A stretch of 48,290 nt of DNA from a virus (IMGVR_UViG_3300037601_000122:1-48290), one strand, 5' to 3'. Shown: positions 26,199-35,910, numbered from the stretch's first letter. Numbers and translations: made by a program. Notes: generated from the letters alone by a model not told the origin.

Positions 26199-27521
26199 TT
26201 AGCTGGAGAAGCGCAGGAACTTGACGGCTTCGAAGTTGACGGCGCCACCACCCACGCGGCGCGTGGTGTAGAACAGCACAAAGCCCTTCTGGGTCAGCGG
26301 GTCGCGCAGGACGCGAATGCCAGTGCGGTCCACGATGGTGTAGGCCTCGCGGAAATCACCAAAAGCAATGGACTTCTTGGCGGTATCGATCGCCTCGACG
26401 TCCTCGCCCTCGGCAACGGGATAGCCGAGCAGCAGACCGCCCTGGCGCGCCTCGAAGTTGGGCTGCCAGAGATAGTTTCCGTCACCGTCCTTGAGCTTGC
26501 GGACCTCGGCCAGCGTGCCACGGGACATGAGCCAGTTGGCATTGTTGCGGTATGCGGCCTTGAGCTTGAAGACCAGGTCAATGAGCTTGTCCGATCCGGC
26601 AGGTGCCGCGCCGAAGCCGCCGTTGGTGCCAGTGTTCAGATGCTCGAACTTGCCCCACGGACGCGTGGCATCGGCAGTTGCCACGCTCTCATATGCCCAG
26701 AGCCCCTTGGGCTGCAGGATACCGGTGCCGTTGACGAAAGCCGCATTCTCGGTGCGGGTGAACTTGTCCGAGGTCTTACCAGCCAGCCAGCTTTCGATGT
26801 CGAACATCGAGTCATCGAGCAGCTTCTGGGTGGTCTTGGGCATCGCGTACATCTCGTGCACGGGAATTTCCCACTTGCCCAGGCCGGGCGTACCGGTTTC
26901 GGAGCGGGTCTGCTTTTCGCCCACCCAGCCGGCAGAGCCTTCGTCCAGGTCGTTGAAACCTTCCATCTTGTCGGTGCCGATGGTGACCACGGTCGCCAAC
27001 TGCCGCATGGGGGAAGTTTCATAGACCCGCTGGACGATGCGGTCGGACATTGCCGGCGTGACGGTATAGCCACCATCCGGATCCGAGCCGACCGACATGG
27101 CCGCCTTGACTGCCTGGGGGGCAGCATCGCCGCGGCGCATGTAGACGTTCAGGCCCTCGGTGTAGGCCTTGAAGTCCTCCATGGACACTTCATTGCCGGT
27201 CTGGGCCTGGAACTTGGCAAGGGCCTCAGCCGCCTTGTCATCGCCGCCACCATTCAGACCGCGCGATGCAGCCTTGGTTGCGACCTCGGTAAGCTGTGCC
27301 TGAAGATCGCTGATTTCAGCATTGATCTTGTCGACCTTCTCGGCCTGGACCACATCGCCCATACCCTTTTCGAGGGCGGCAATACGATCGTCATTGGCCT
27401 GCTTAAAGGCTTCGAAGGCGACATTGATCTTGTCGACAAGGGCCTTGGTGTCGCCGCCGCCAGCATCTGCACGCACAGCGACGAGCCCGCGCGCCTGGCG
27501 CAGGTTGATATGTTTGGTCAT
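26199..27521 (-). CDS. Major capsid protein (HK97 fold)
   Basis: Coiled-coil delta domain, DGGY.V, SPMRQLA, LKDGDGNYLWQP, FGDF..AY.IVDR and RVGG motifs. Confidence 0.96.
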   Translation of the reverse strand: MTKHINLRQARGLVAVRADAGGGDTKALVDKINVAFEAFKQANDDRIAALEKGMGDVVQAEKVDKINAEISDLQAQLTEVATKAASRGLNGGGDDKAAEALAKFQAQTGNEVSMEDFKAYTEGLNVYMRRGDAAPQAVKAAMSVGSDPDGGYTVTPAMSDRIVQRVYETSPMRQLATVVTIGTDKMEGFNDLDEGSAGWVGEKQTRSETGTPGLGKWEIPVHEMYAMPKTTQKLLDDSMFDIESWLAGKTSDKFTRTENAAFVNGTGILQPKGLWAYESVATADATRPWGKFEHLNTGTNGGFGAAPAGSDKLIDLVFKLKAAYRNNANWLMSRGTLAEVRKLKDGDGNYLWQPNFEARQGGLLLGYPVAEGEDVEAIDTAKKSIAFGDFREAYTIVDRTGIRVLRDPLTQKGFVLFYTTRRVGGGAVNFEAVKFLRFSS

Positions 27522-27534
27522 GGTCTGTCCTTCC

Positions 27535-28386
27535 TTAGGCAGAGACCGTTTTGAGGAGAGCCGCTAGAGGTGCGGCCAGTTCGTCGCCAGCGTCACGCGT
27601 GGCAGGGTCTGGGTGGCCGTCGCGGCCGCCCTTGAGTTGAGCCACAAGGCGCTTGCGGTCCTTGCTGCTCGAAATGCCGCCGCGCTTCATCGCCATCTCG
27701 GCGCGCCGCTCGGCCAGCATGTTCTTGGTCTGCTCGCCCTCGCTTTCAGAGAGCATTGATGTCGGAAGGAGGCGGTCAGCCAGTCCAGCGTCGATGGCCT
27801 GGGGGCCATTGAACCAGGTCTCGGCATCCATCCACTGCGCCGCCTCGGCCTTTTCGACGCGGGCCCGGGTGGCATAGAGCCCCGCCATGGCATCATCGAA
27901 GGGCTCAAGGGTATCGGCAGCTTCTCGGAAGTCATGCCGGTTGCCTACGGCAATCGCCCAGGCATTGTGGACCATCAAGAACCCGATTTCCGAGATCTCG
28001 ATTTCATCCCCTGCCATTGCGATTACCGATGCCGCCGAAGCGGCCAGGCCCATCACCTTGACGGTGACCTTGCCCGGATGCTCGCGCAAAAGGTTGTAGA
28101 TCGCGATGCCCTCGAAGAAATCGCCCCCAGGCGAATTCACGTTCACCGTGACGTCCTGGGCGCCGATCTTGCGAAGAGCAGCGGCGGCACGCTTCGATGT
28201 GAAACCCTCGCCGGTCCAGAAGTCCTCACCGATCACGTCATAGATCGAGATGACAGTGTCATCGCCCTCTACTGCTGAACGAACTTCCGGCCGCCAGCGC
28301 TTCATGGTCGAATCGGTCGAGGCAAAGTCGAACTCCGACAGCCCCTCAAAAGCTTTAATCTCTGGGAGTTTGCGGACGCTCATCAC
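27535..28386 (-). CDS. ClpP-like head maturation protease
   Basis: NSPGGD, GLAASAASVIAMAGD, MVHN and ETW motifs. Confidence 0.93.
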   Translation of the reverse strand: MMSVRKLPEIKAFEGLSEFDFASTDSTMKRWRPEVRSAVEGDDTVISIYDVIGEDFWTGEGFTSKRAAAALRKIGAQDVTVNVNSPGGDFFEGIAIYNLLREHPGKVTVKVMGLAASAASVIAMAGDEIEISEIGFLMVHNAWAIAVGNRHDFREAADTLEPFDDAMAGLYATRARVEKAEAAQWMDAETWFNGPQAIDAGLADRLLPTSMLSESEGEQTKNMLAERRAEMAMKRGGISSSKDRKRLVAQLKGGRDGHPDPATRDAGDELAAPLAALLKTVSA

Positions 28387-29635
28387 CTTCTCCTTCCGGT
28401 GCGCCAGCTTGTCCGCCGGCGGTGTTCGGGGGTTCTGCGTATTCGTCCCCGCCGTCGTCGGTGCGGGGGTTCATGTCTTCGAGGGCACGGATTTCGTTCG
28501 GGTTCAGCCATCCCCACTGGCGGGCTGCGATGTAGTAGGCGGTGCGGGTCTTCACGTCGCCGCGCATCAGTCCCTGGGTGTAGAACCGGGCATCGAGGGT
28601 TTCCCACTCACGCTCGGCGATGAGGTCGCGCTTAATCGCTTCTTCCCAGGAGCGCAGCCAGTCGTTGAGGGTATAGGTGACGAACCCAATGCCCTGCTGT
28701 TCAATGCCCGAACCCCAGCTCGTCTGCTTTTCCGTGGCGCCCAGCATGTGAGGCGGGACGCCGAAGAACATCGCGATGTCGTATCGCTGGAAATCACGCT
28801 GCTCGAGGAACTGGAGGTCTCGGGCCGACATCGACACCGATTCCCACTCCATCCCCTCTTCGAGAATGCGAGTAGCACCGGCCGAACCGCTTCCGCCCGT
28901 CTCGGACAGGGACGTTTTCAGCCGCCCATATGCCTCTGGGCTCAGCTTATTCTTGTGTTTCAGGACACCACTGACGAACTGACCATTCTTCATCAAGGAG
29001 GCGCCGGCCTGTTCTGACCGGATCGCCAAGCCCAGGCTCTCGCGCATGTGAGAGAGAACCGACAGACCGGTCACGCCGTCGAGGGACATGCCGCGAAGGT
29101 GGAAGATTTCTGCTGAACTATAGTACTCGTACCGGCCGCCCTTGAGGGTCACCCGATAGCGCATGGTCATGTCATCGAGCTGCTCTGGCAGCACCCGGTC
29201 TGGGTGGAGCGGAACCAACGCGATAACCTCGCCGCCCAGCGTAATTTTCAGGGCGTAGGCATTTCCCCGAAGCATCAGATGCGCCTGCATCATTCGCCGG
29301 AACTCTGACGGCGTCTGCCACTGGTTTGGTTTGACCGTCAGCACCTTGCGCAACTTATGGCCGACAGCAGGCTCTCGGACGCCCTCGGAAATGCGCCTGA
29401 TCAGGTCCATAGGCAGTGTGCCCACGGTGCCCGAAATAATGTTCACACACCGCCACGCCGCCGCCACACGCATGGCGGAACTCTCGTTGACCGACACGCC
29501 GGAGCCCGTTTCCATCGAGCCGCCGATGCGCAGAAATTCGCGGATCTGATCCGGCGACATATTGGTCAGGTCAAACGAGGTCGATGCCTGCGGCTTTCCC
29601 ACTAGGGCGCCAAGCAGATTTGACAGGTAGCTCAT
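28355..29635 (-). CDS. Portal protein (HK97 family)
   Basis: PN.WQT..EF, LRGNAY, G.S.L, ILEEGM, FGVPPH and NEIR..ED motifs. Confidence 0.95.
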   Translation of the reverse strand: MSYLSNLLGALVGKPQASTSFDLTNMSPDQIREFLRIGGSMETGSGVSVNESSAMRVAAAWRCVNIISGTVGTLPMDLIRRISEGVREPAVGHKLRKVLTVKPNQWQTPSEFRRMMQAHLMLRGNAYALKITLGGEVIALVPLHPDRVLPEQLDDMTMRYRVTLKGGRYEYYSSAEIFHLRGMSLDGVTGLSVLSHMRESLGLAIRSEQAGASLMKNGQFVSGVLKHKNKLSPEAYGRLKTSLSETGGSGSAGATRILEEGMEWESVSMSARDLQFLEQRDFQRYDIAMFFGVPPHMLGATEKQTSWGSGIEQQGIGFVTYTLNDWLRSWEEAIKRDLIAEREWETLDARFYTQGLMRGDVKTRTAYYIAARQWGWLNPNEIRALEDMNPRTDDGGDEYAEPPNTAGGQAGAPEGEGDERPQTPRD

Positions 29636-29643
29636 CTGCTCTC

Positions 29644-31395
29644 CTAGACAGTCAGGATGCCGCGTTCTTCATAGACGGACGGGCCTTCGGCCGCCGGATT
29701 CCGCGCCATCAGCGTCACGGCATTGAACATTGCCATTGCCGGGTCGATCTTGGCGTCACCGGCAGATTGCTTGGTTGCTCGAATGCCTGTGGCCGTAGGT
29801 TCGATCTTCAGGTTCGGAACGCACCACTGCATGAGCGGGCCGCCGCAATGCTTCAGAAGCCCGGATGCAAGGCGCCGCTCAGCGCCCTTGATGCTGGACA
29901 TCATCCAGCCGCCCTGAGGCGCCGCGACCAGAAGCTTTGCCTCCTGGGTGACGCCGATCTCATCGAGGGCATCTTCCATTTCGCCAAGGCCGGAGGCGTC
30001 AACTGCCACGCCGCCCAGCAATCCCATGTCCTTGATCCGGGTGATGTGCTCGATGATAGAGGCCACATCGCCCAGCGGGTTGTTCAGAATGGTCAGCTCG
30101 CCGGCGGCCTCGATGGCTCGAAGCCGGGTCGCAATCGATTTGCGCCGGTCGAGAACTCCGCTATGGCACCATGCGTGCGACCAGGAGAGCCACCGCTTCA
30201 TGCGCCGGAGCGTCTTTTCTCCATTGATCTCGAATTCGACTTCAATCTCCGTCGGCTCGCGACCAAGGACATTGAATCCGAACAGGTCATCCAGGCCGCC
30301 GCCGTCAATTCCGACCACCGCCACTTCAGAGCGCTCTAGGAGCCGCGCCAGAGCCTCGAAATGCTCCATGCCGGCCAACTCGCGATCGGTCGCCGCATCC
30401 CAATGGTCGGCGCCGGGCCAACGATTGGCGCGGAGGTTTAGGCCGATCTCGATGTTCAGGTGCTTAGCGAGGAAGGTGGCAATCGTCGTGCGGTCGCCAG
30501 CCATTTCCTTGCGAAGCTCGTCCTCGATCCACTCCTGGCTGACAGATCGCCCGATATTGGGATTTGTCACATAGAAATTCGCCGGATCCTCATAGGCCTT
30601 GGCTTCAACCATGGCTTGAGGAAACTCATAGATGACCGGCAGGAACTTCCGATCCTCGACCTGGCCGTCTCGCACTTGCCGGGCATAATCCAGCTTTGCT
30701 TTGAACACGCCAGCCGGCGGCTCATCGCTCTGGGTCGAGAGGTAAATGACGAAACCTTCAGGCCTCGACACCAGGCCGCCGGTCGCCTCGCGAAGCATTG
30801 CATCGGCATGCGGCCGCTTTCCGAACACCCAGAGCTCATCGATCAGGATCCGGCCGGACTTCTTGCCCGATACCGTGTCGGTGTCAGCCGCCACAACCTT
30901 CAGCGCGGCCTTAGTCACCCGATGCGTGATTGTCCGGAGGTGATCCTGGACGTGCAGCAGCTCCTCAAGCTCGGCATCTGCGCGGACCATAGCGGCCGCC
31001 GGTTTAAAGCTGTTCTGGGCCACCTCGATTGTCGGCGCCAGGATCAGCAGCTCCTCGTTGTGCCTCCAGTTGATGATCAACGCCGTGAGCATGATGCCCG
31101 CGGCAATGGTCGACTTGGTGTTCTTCTTGCTGATGAGCAGGAAGAATTCACGGATCAGCTGTGCGCCGGTCTCCGGATCGTTGGCACCGAAGATGGTGGC
31201 AACGAAATCGAAAACGAACTGGTCACAGACCTCGCCAAATGTCGGCTGACCCGGAAGGTCAACGACCTTGAGGGATTTGAACACCTCCAGCGCGTGCTCT
31301 GCCTCGTCCGAAAACAGCGGCGCGAATGGGATCATGCTCTGGCGAGCAACAATCCGCTGCTCCCAGTCTGGGCAAGCCGTCGACCAGTGCTTCAT
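29644..31395 (-). CDS. terL: Terminase large subunit
   Basis: Walker A variant ISKKNTKST, Walker B LIDELW, nuclease GIDGGGLDD and KIDP.MA. Confidence 0.93.
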   Translation of the reverse strand: MKHWSTACPDWEQRIVARQSMIPFAPLFSDEAEHALEVFKSLKVVDLPGQPTFGEVCDQFVFDFVATIFGANDPETGAQLIREFFLLISKKNTKSTIAAGIMLTALIINWRHNEELLILAPTIEVAQNSFKPAAAMVRADAELEELLHVQDHLRTITHRVTKAALKVVAADTDTVSGKKSGRILIDELWVFGKRPHADAMLREATGGLVSRPEGFVIYLSTQSDEPPAGVFKAKLDYARQVRDGQVEDRKFLPVIYEFPQAMVEAKAYEDPANFYVTNPNIGRSVSQEWIEDELRKEMAGDRTTIATFLAKHLNIEIGLNLRANRWPGADHWDAATDRELAGMEHFEALARLLERSEVAVVGIDGGGLDDLFGFNVLGREPTEIEVEFEINGEKTLRRMKRWLSWSHAWCHSGVLDRRKSIATRLRAIEAAGELTILNNPLGDVASIIEHITRIKDMGLLGGVAVDASGLGEMEDALDEIGVTQEAKLLVAAPQGGWMMSSIKGAERRLASGLLKHCGGPLMQWCVPNLKIEPTATGIRATKQSAGDAKIDPAMAMFNAVTLMARNPAAEGPSVYEERGILTV

Positions 31396-31967
31396 CAGCT
31401 ATTGCTCGATACCAGGCGCGGCCCAGTTCGCGGTGCGAACCTACCCCCAGCCGACGCTGCACTTTCGGCAGCCGCCTGACGCTGCTGTTTGACACCCTGC
31501 GGCGCCCCGGCCTCGTTCAAGGTCTTCATCGTCGTGGCCAAATCCTTGAGTGTCTTTGAGCGCTCACCCAGGGAGATGGCGCGCAATAACGCTTGCCGGC
31601 GCCGCGGATCACCCTCTTCTTGGCAGATCATGTCCTCGAGCTCGCCGGCATGAGAGGTAACCGTCTCCAGCTCGTCCATGAGGCGCCCTGTCAATGACCT
31701 GGCGCGATCAGTCAGCGCTTCCGGCTTCACCGAAACGGGTTGGATGATCTCCGCCTGCACGGTTGTGGTGCGCTGCGCCTTCGCTTCCTCGAATGGCGTC
31801 TGCTGTTTCGGCTTTCGCTCCCAGCCTTCACCCTTGGCCTTCTTGTTGATCGCGGTGTGCGAGACACCGTACCAGCGGGCGATTTCCCGAACCGTCATAA
31901 CACCGGCTCGAAAGTCGCGCTCGATGCCAGCCCAGTCTATGGGCTTGTCTTCTCTGCGCTTTTTCAT
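31395..31967 (-). CDS. Terminase small subunit-like protein
   Basis: N-terminal HTH DW..IE.D.RAG...REIA..YGVS..AI.KKAK..GW.R; directly upstream of terL. Confidence 0.75.
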   Translation of the reverse strand: MKKRREDKPIDWAGIERDFRAGVMTVREIARWYGVSHTAINKKAKGEGWERKPKQQTPFEEAKAQRTTTVQAEIIQPVSVKPEALTDRARSLTGRLMDELETVTSHAGELEDMICQEEGDPRRRQALLRAISLGERSKTLKDLATTMKTLNEAGAPQGVKQQRQAAAESAASAGGRFAPRTGPRLVSSNS

Positions 31968-32080
31968 GTGGTTTCCAGCTTGGTTTCCACTTGGAAACTT
32001 CCAGCGGAGGAAAAAATCTCTACGTGAGGCCGTCGTGGGTCCGGAAGGCGAAGCCTTTCCAGAGTTTCGACCCGCCCCCC

Positions 32081-32434
32081 TTATGGGTTGCGGCGCTCGT
32101 CGCTCTTGGCCTCGCTGTCGTGCCATTCCTTGCTGACGGCCTGCAGGTTCTCGATATCCCAGAACAGCCGCTCATCACCCTTGTGGGGTATTTTGTGGTG
32201 GACCACAGGGCTGTTCGGTTGATTGGCTCCGCCGACCAGCAACACGCCAGTCTGTTGGCATGTGTACAGATCGCGGGTCAGCACCTGTTCCCGGAGTCGT
32301 TGCCATCTGGCCGACTTATACCAGGAGCGCACCTGCGCATCAGGGCTATACCTGGTGTCCCTCACCTGCCTTGTGCTGTGCAGTCTTGGGCCCATCGGCT
32401 TGAGCCGGGGCTTTAGGGTGGTAAGCTTGGGCAT
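32081..32434 (-). CDS. Packaging-associated HNH endonuclease (HK97 gp74-like)
   Basis: WYKS.RW..LR..VL.RD.Y.C and VVHHKIPHKGD..LFWD.ENLQ; upstream of the terminase genes. Confidence 0.88.
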   Translation of the reverse strand: MPKLTTLKPRLKPMGPRLHSTRQVRDTRYSPDAQVRSWYKSARWQRLREQVLTRDLYTCQQTGVLLVGGANQPNSPVVHHKIPHKGDERLFWDIENLQAVSKEWHDSEAKSDERRNP

Positions 32435-32448
32435 TTGGAGGAATCTTC

Positions 32449-32649
32449 ATGTCACTATGCAAGCTTACAACCGGCAGGGACGGGTCTGTTTGGATCAACC
32501 CGACACAGGTCATCGCTATCCAACAGTACAGGGCTGGAACGGTCATAATCACAACCGGCACAGGCGAAGGGCGCCCCTTTAGGATCTTTGTGACTGAGAG
32601 CCCGGAAGATGTCGCCTCAAGGCTAGACCTACACGCTCAGTCGGACTGA
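32449..32649 (+). CDS. Small FlbD-like hypothetical protein
   Basis: GGAGG RBS; KLT....VWINP..V.AI....T.I.....VTES.EDV..RL pattern. Confidence 0.6.
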   Translation: MSLCKLTTGRDGSVWINPTQVIAIQQYRAGTVIITTGTGEGRPFRIFVTESPEDVASRLDLHAQSD

Positions 32650-32660
32650 AGAAACTTACA

Positions 32661-32696
32661 AAGAAAAACCCGCCTCGGCTTTCGCTGGGCGGGTGA
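32661..32696. terminator. Terminator between convergent genes
   Basis: ACCCGCC...GGCGGGT stem with an A-run on the left (U-tail on the minus strand). Confidence 0.55.
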
Positions 32697-32829
32697 ACTT
32701 TGGACACAATAACGGCCTTCGAGGTATCTGAAACCTCTGGGCCTGCCGAGCCTCGGTCTTGGGGACTGGCTACGGATCGCATGGTCGTCCGCCACCATCT
32801 ATCCCTGATTTGCAAGGACGAATCAACCC

Positions 32830-33423
32830 TTATGCTGCTGCCTCTCGACAGGACATGTCAGCAGCAGCACCAAGCAGACCGCCGAGTATTTTGGCGCGCT
32901 CGCCTGCTGCCCGAACCACCACTGGCCGATCCTTCGACGCCTTAGCCTTCAGCGATGTGCTGGACCGGATCACGCCTCGGCCCTGAACATGGACAAGCTG
33001 CACGGTCTTCTCGACCTCTTGGCCCTTGTACACGATGATCTGGCGCTCCAGCGTCATCTGCCCATCGAGGCGAGTTGAGCGGTAGTTCAGCCATTCCCTG
33101 CTCGCTGTATCGATCCGGCGGGGATAGACCCTGCCCATGCTGTCTGGGATGGACAGCACTCCGTTGACCAGGTGCATCGACATGACGTCGAGCCAGTTAG
33201 GCGCCGATGGGAAACCAACGAATACCGTGCCGGGAAACTCGGGCCGCACGACTTCCACCTTGCCCTTGGCATAGCGGCTGCGCTTCTGGAATTTCGTCAT
33301 TGTCGGAATGAAGGTCATGCAGCCGCGCTTATTGAAGAAATAGCCGGCCAGGAACTCTTTCTGGCGCATCACGTCGATCGCATACCAGTGAAGCTCATCA
33401 TCTTGGAATTCACGTCGTGCCAT
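32830..33423 (-). CDS. NusG-like (NGN domain) antiterminator / late regulator
   Basis: WYAI.V..QKE, F.P, P.FPG.VFV and V.GVL; occupies the Q position upstream of the late genes. Confidence 0.75.
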   Translation of the reverse strand: MARREFQDDELHWYAIDVMRQKEFLAGYFFNKRGCMTFIPTMTKFQKRSRYAKGKVEVVRPEFPGTVFVGFPSAPNWLDVMSMHLVNGVLSIPDSMGRVYPRRIDTASREWLNYRSTRLDGQMTLERQIIVYKGQEVEKTVQLVHVQGRGVIRSSTSLKAKASKDRPVVVRAAGERAKILGGLLGAAADMSCREAAA

Positions 33424-33433
33424 ATCTGGGCCC

Positions 33434-33601
33434 CTATTTCTGGTCTGGATTGTGCTGCTGGGTTTCAGCGGATGGTTGAAGGTGGTCTTTCGCGACCCAG
33501 TACGCTGCCCTTGCTGGCTTGACGTAGTGGTGGAAGGTCGGATCACGGAGGGCGTCTGCCATAGCCTTGGCCATTTCCTCGATGATCTGCTCATCGGTCA
33601 T
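33434..33601 (-). CDS. Small hypothetical protein (55 aa, below the ORF-track cutoff)
   Basis: MTDEQIIEEMAKAMADALRD...; ATGA overlap with the replication gene stop. Confidence 0.6.
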   Translation of the reverse strand: MTDEQIIEEMAKAMADALRDPTFHHYVKPARAAYWVAKDHLQPSAETQQHNPDQK

Positions 33602-34476
33602 GTCCTAGCCCTCGCCTGCTCGATTTCCTCGATGCGGAAAGCCCGTTTTCCGCTGGCACTGACGATGGGCAGCTTCTTACCCAGCATCTTCTCGACGGCC
33701 TGGAAATCCGGGTGGTCAGGGGCGAGGTAGACCACACCATCGACCGATGCCGGAACCGGATCGACCTTGAGCGAGACGCTGAGAGCATCCACCCAGGCAC
33801 CTGACCTGATCCACTTCCCCAGCCCCTTGCGGAACTCTGCCTGGGCCTCCGGCGTCGAATGCCGTGCCTCGCTGTCTTCGATGTGCCACTGGCGAAACCG
33901 TTTGGCGGCCAGAACCAGCCGATGGGTTTCCTCATCGGTCAGGAGATCGAACGCCTGTTGAGCCTCTGCCCGGTTGGTCAGCCGGCGCTTGGGGTAGAGA
34001 TCCCAAACTTCATCGAATGAAGCTCGAGCTCGCCCGTTACCGGTTCCCTTACTGGTTCTATTACTGGTTAGTGTCTCAGAGCTGTGAGACACGGGATTTG
34101 CCGATTTTGAGACACGGCTTTGCTCATTTTTGAGACACGGATCGGCGTTTTTCCCCGTGTCCAATCCTGAGACACGGCCCTCAACATCTAGTGGTTCGAA
34201 GCCATTTTCGAACGCAAGGCGATATCGAGTCGGTAGCTGCCGGCGTGTCTCAGGATCGACCTGCTGCTCACGCCGGATGATGCCAGCCTGCTCGAGCTCG
34301 GTGAGGATACGGTTGACTGACGCGCGACTGACCTCGGCCTCGCCGGCAAGATATTCCTGCGTGGGGAAGCAGCCCTGAACCGGGTTGTGACAGTCCGCGA
34401 GGTGCCACAGCACGATCTTGGCGATCGGTCGCAGCCCCTTTTGCTTCACTGCCCAGTTGGTGGCTTCGTGGCTCAT
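33598..34476 (-). CDS. Replication initiator (N-terminal wHTH, lambda O analogue)
   Basis: MSHEAT.WA..., K.VL..LAD.HN...GCFP.Q..LA, F...W..YP.R; contains internal iterons. Confidence 0.85.
   Translation of the reverse strand: MSHEATNWAVKQKGLRPIAKIVLWHLADCHNPVQGCFPTQEYLAGEAEVSRASVNRILTELEQAGIIRREQQVDPETRRQLPTRYRLAFENGFEPLDVEGRVSGLDTGKNADPCLKNEQSRVSKSANPVSHSSETLTSNRTSKGTGNGRARASFDEVWDLYPKRRLTNRAEAQQAFDLLTDEETHRLVLAAKRFRQWHIEDSEARHSTPEAQAEFRKGLGKWIRSGAWVDALSVSLKVDPVPASVDGVVYLAPDHPDFQAVEKMLGKKLPIVSASGKRAFRIEEIEQARART
34049..34252. repeat. Replication origin iterons
   Basis: TGAGACACGG at 34085, 34108, 34131 (23-bp period) and 34168; inverted partial copies at 34071, 34155 and 34244; adjacent TTACTGGTT x2. 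Confidence 0.75.
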
Positions 34477-34718
34477 GCTCCGAACGCCTCCAGGGCCTGT
34501 CGAGCGCCGCGAACAGCCTTGCGATGGTTATACTGGGCATAATCGTCCACCCGCTCGGCAACGACGAACCCTGACTGACCGACATTGCTGCCATTCTTGC
34601 GGCGATAATCCGAGATGCAGCGGCTGACGTCGTGGCGAGTGATGCCCAGACGCTCTGCGATTTCCTTGGTGCCCATTCCGGCCAGATGCATCTGCTCGAC
34701 CGACTGCTGTTTGGTCAT
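34473..34718 (-). CDS. Small HTH protein
   Basis: GMGTKEIAERLGITRHDVSRCI; ATGA coupling. Confidence 0.7.
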   Translation of the reverse strand: MTKQQSVEQMHLAGMGTKEIAERLGITRHDVSRCISDYRRKNGSNVGQSGFVVAERVDDYAQYNHRKAVRGARQALEAFGA

Positions 34719-35350
34719 TGCTCGCTACCTCCATGTGCAGCCAGCCGCTTTGCATGCTGGTGATATCCATAGAGAACCGTGGTGTGATCCCGACCGAACT
34801 TCGAGCCGATCTGGGGGAAGCTCAGCTTCGTCTCTTCACGGATTCGCCAGAAGGCCTCGTTGCGCGCCAGCACGACGTACCGCTTGCGGCACGGGCCAGT
34901 CATTTCCTTGATGCTCAACTTGTGCCTGGCACTCACCTCAGAAGCGATGCGCAGCCAGTTGGGCATGGGTGGCAGCTGAACGGGCGCAGGAGCGGGCTGC
35001 GCTGCCGCTGGAGGGGTTCCGGGCCTATCCAGCCTGTCCCGCTTGCCGAGGGCCTTCCGTGCCCCACGCTGCGCCCTGCGAGCGAATGCAACGCGGCGCT
35101 GGTTGTCTTCCAGTTCCCAGATGCTATCGACGCCACCAATGGACACAGACGCGGACTCGCCATTGTCCAGGAGGATCTTGCGGACCTGCTTTTCCGACAT
35201 GCCGACTTCCACGGCTATTTCCGCTGGGGTGTTGCCCTCTCCATAGCGTTGCCAGATCAGATTGCGGCGGTGTGTGACTTGCTCACTGCTGTTGTCTGAT
35301 GGGCAGGTGTAGGGTTCATCCTGGGTGGAGCTGATGTGGGAAACGGTCAT
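34715..35350 (-). CDS. HTH protein with a DnaA domain IV-like C-terminus
   Basis: R....V.AR..A....R....LS.PQIG..FGRDHTTV, the DnaA C-terminal signature. Confidence 0.8.
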   Translation of the reverse strand: MTVSHISSTQDEPYTCPSDNSSEQVTHRRNLIWQRYGEGNTPAEIAVEVGMSEKQVRKILLDNGESASVSIGGVDSIWELEDNQRRVAFARRAQRGARKALGKRDRLDRPGTPPAAAQPAPAPVQLPPMPNWLRIASEVSARHKLSIKEMTGPCRKRYVVLARNEAFWRIREETKLSFPQIGSKFGRDHTTVLYGYHQHAKRLAAHGGSEQ

Positions 35351-35910
35351 TGCTTGCCTCCCCAGAGCATTTTGGCATGGGCATAGTCACCGGGCCCCCA
35401 GACGTACCAGGCGTGATCCTCGGTGCCGGTTTCCCCGTTTCCTGCCCATGAAATCCGGTCCAACAAGGCGATCTTGGCCATGAACCGAGGATTGTCCTGG
35501 AACAGGTGCCGGCGGGTCTTGCCGAAATCAAACTTGGCGGTCAGGAGCAGCGCTACCATGCCGTCGCAGCGCTCAAGCGCCAGTTCAGCGAAGCGGACGG
35601 CGTCACGGTTGCCCTTGCCGTATGGTGGATTGGTGATGATGGCGCCGAAGAACGAGCGCGAGCAGACCATCTCTTCCTTCAGGAAATCCATGATGGTGTC
35701 GTGCGGACGGTCGTACTGGACGGTGTCGGACGCGAAGACCCGGCCACCGGCCAGGCGCAAGACGTCGGCCATCATGTGGTTGCCTGCCGCCGGCTCCCAA
35801 ACGTGTAGCCCTGCCACTGGGAAATGCCGTAGCAGCACTTCCGTGGCCCATGGCTCGGTTTGATAGAGGTCGTTTGCTGCTCGGGCGTAATTGGAGGCAG
35901 TGACAGTCAT
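35347..35910 (-). CDS. Orphan amino (N6A/N4C) DNA methyltransferase
   Basis: D.Y.T, WEPAAG.H (motif I), DFL and IITNPPY (motif IV). Confidence 0.85.
   Translation of the reverse strand: MTVTASNYARAANDLYQTEPWATEVLLRHFPVAGLHVWEPAAGNHMMADVLRLAGGRVFASDTVQYDRPHDTIMDFLKEEMVCSRSFFGAIITNPPYGKGNRDAVRFAELALERCDGMVALLLTAKFDFGKTRRHLFQDNPRFMAKIALLDRISWAGNGETGTEDHAWYVWGPGDYAHAKMLWGGKQ

Noticed and set aside
26160-27554. 464-aa plus-strand ORF, and similar ORFs at 7710-8654, 22891-23877, 29584-30339 and 30460-31479
   Set aside because: Antisense shadows of the capsid, lysin, tail tube and terminase genes.
31968-32080. cos site (GGTTTCCA repeats and a hairpin between HNH and terS)
   Set aside because: The position fits, but the cut site cannot be determined without virion-end sequencing.
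32830-33594. ORF-track 254-aa version of the NusG-like gene
   Set aside because: The N-terminal extension overlaps a better-coupled 55-aa gene (33434-33601); ATG 33423 is preferred.
34085-34177. Regularly spaced repeats as a mini-CRISPR
   Set aside because: Repeats are only 10 bp with 13-bp gaps, lie inside the rep gene and have no cas genes; they fit iterons.
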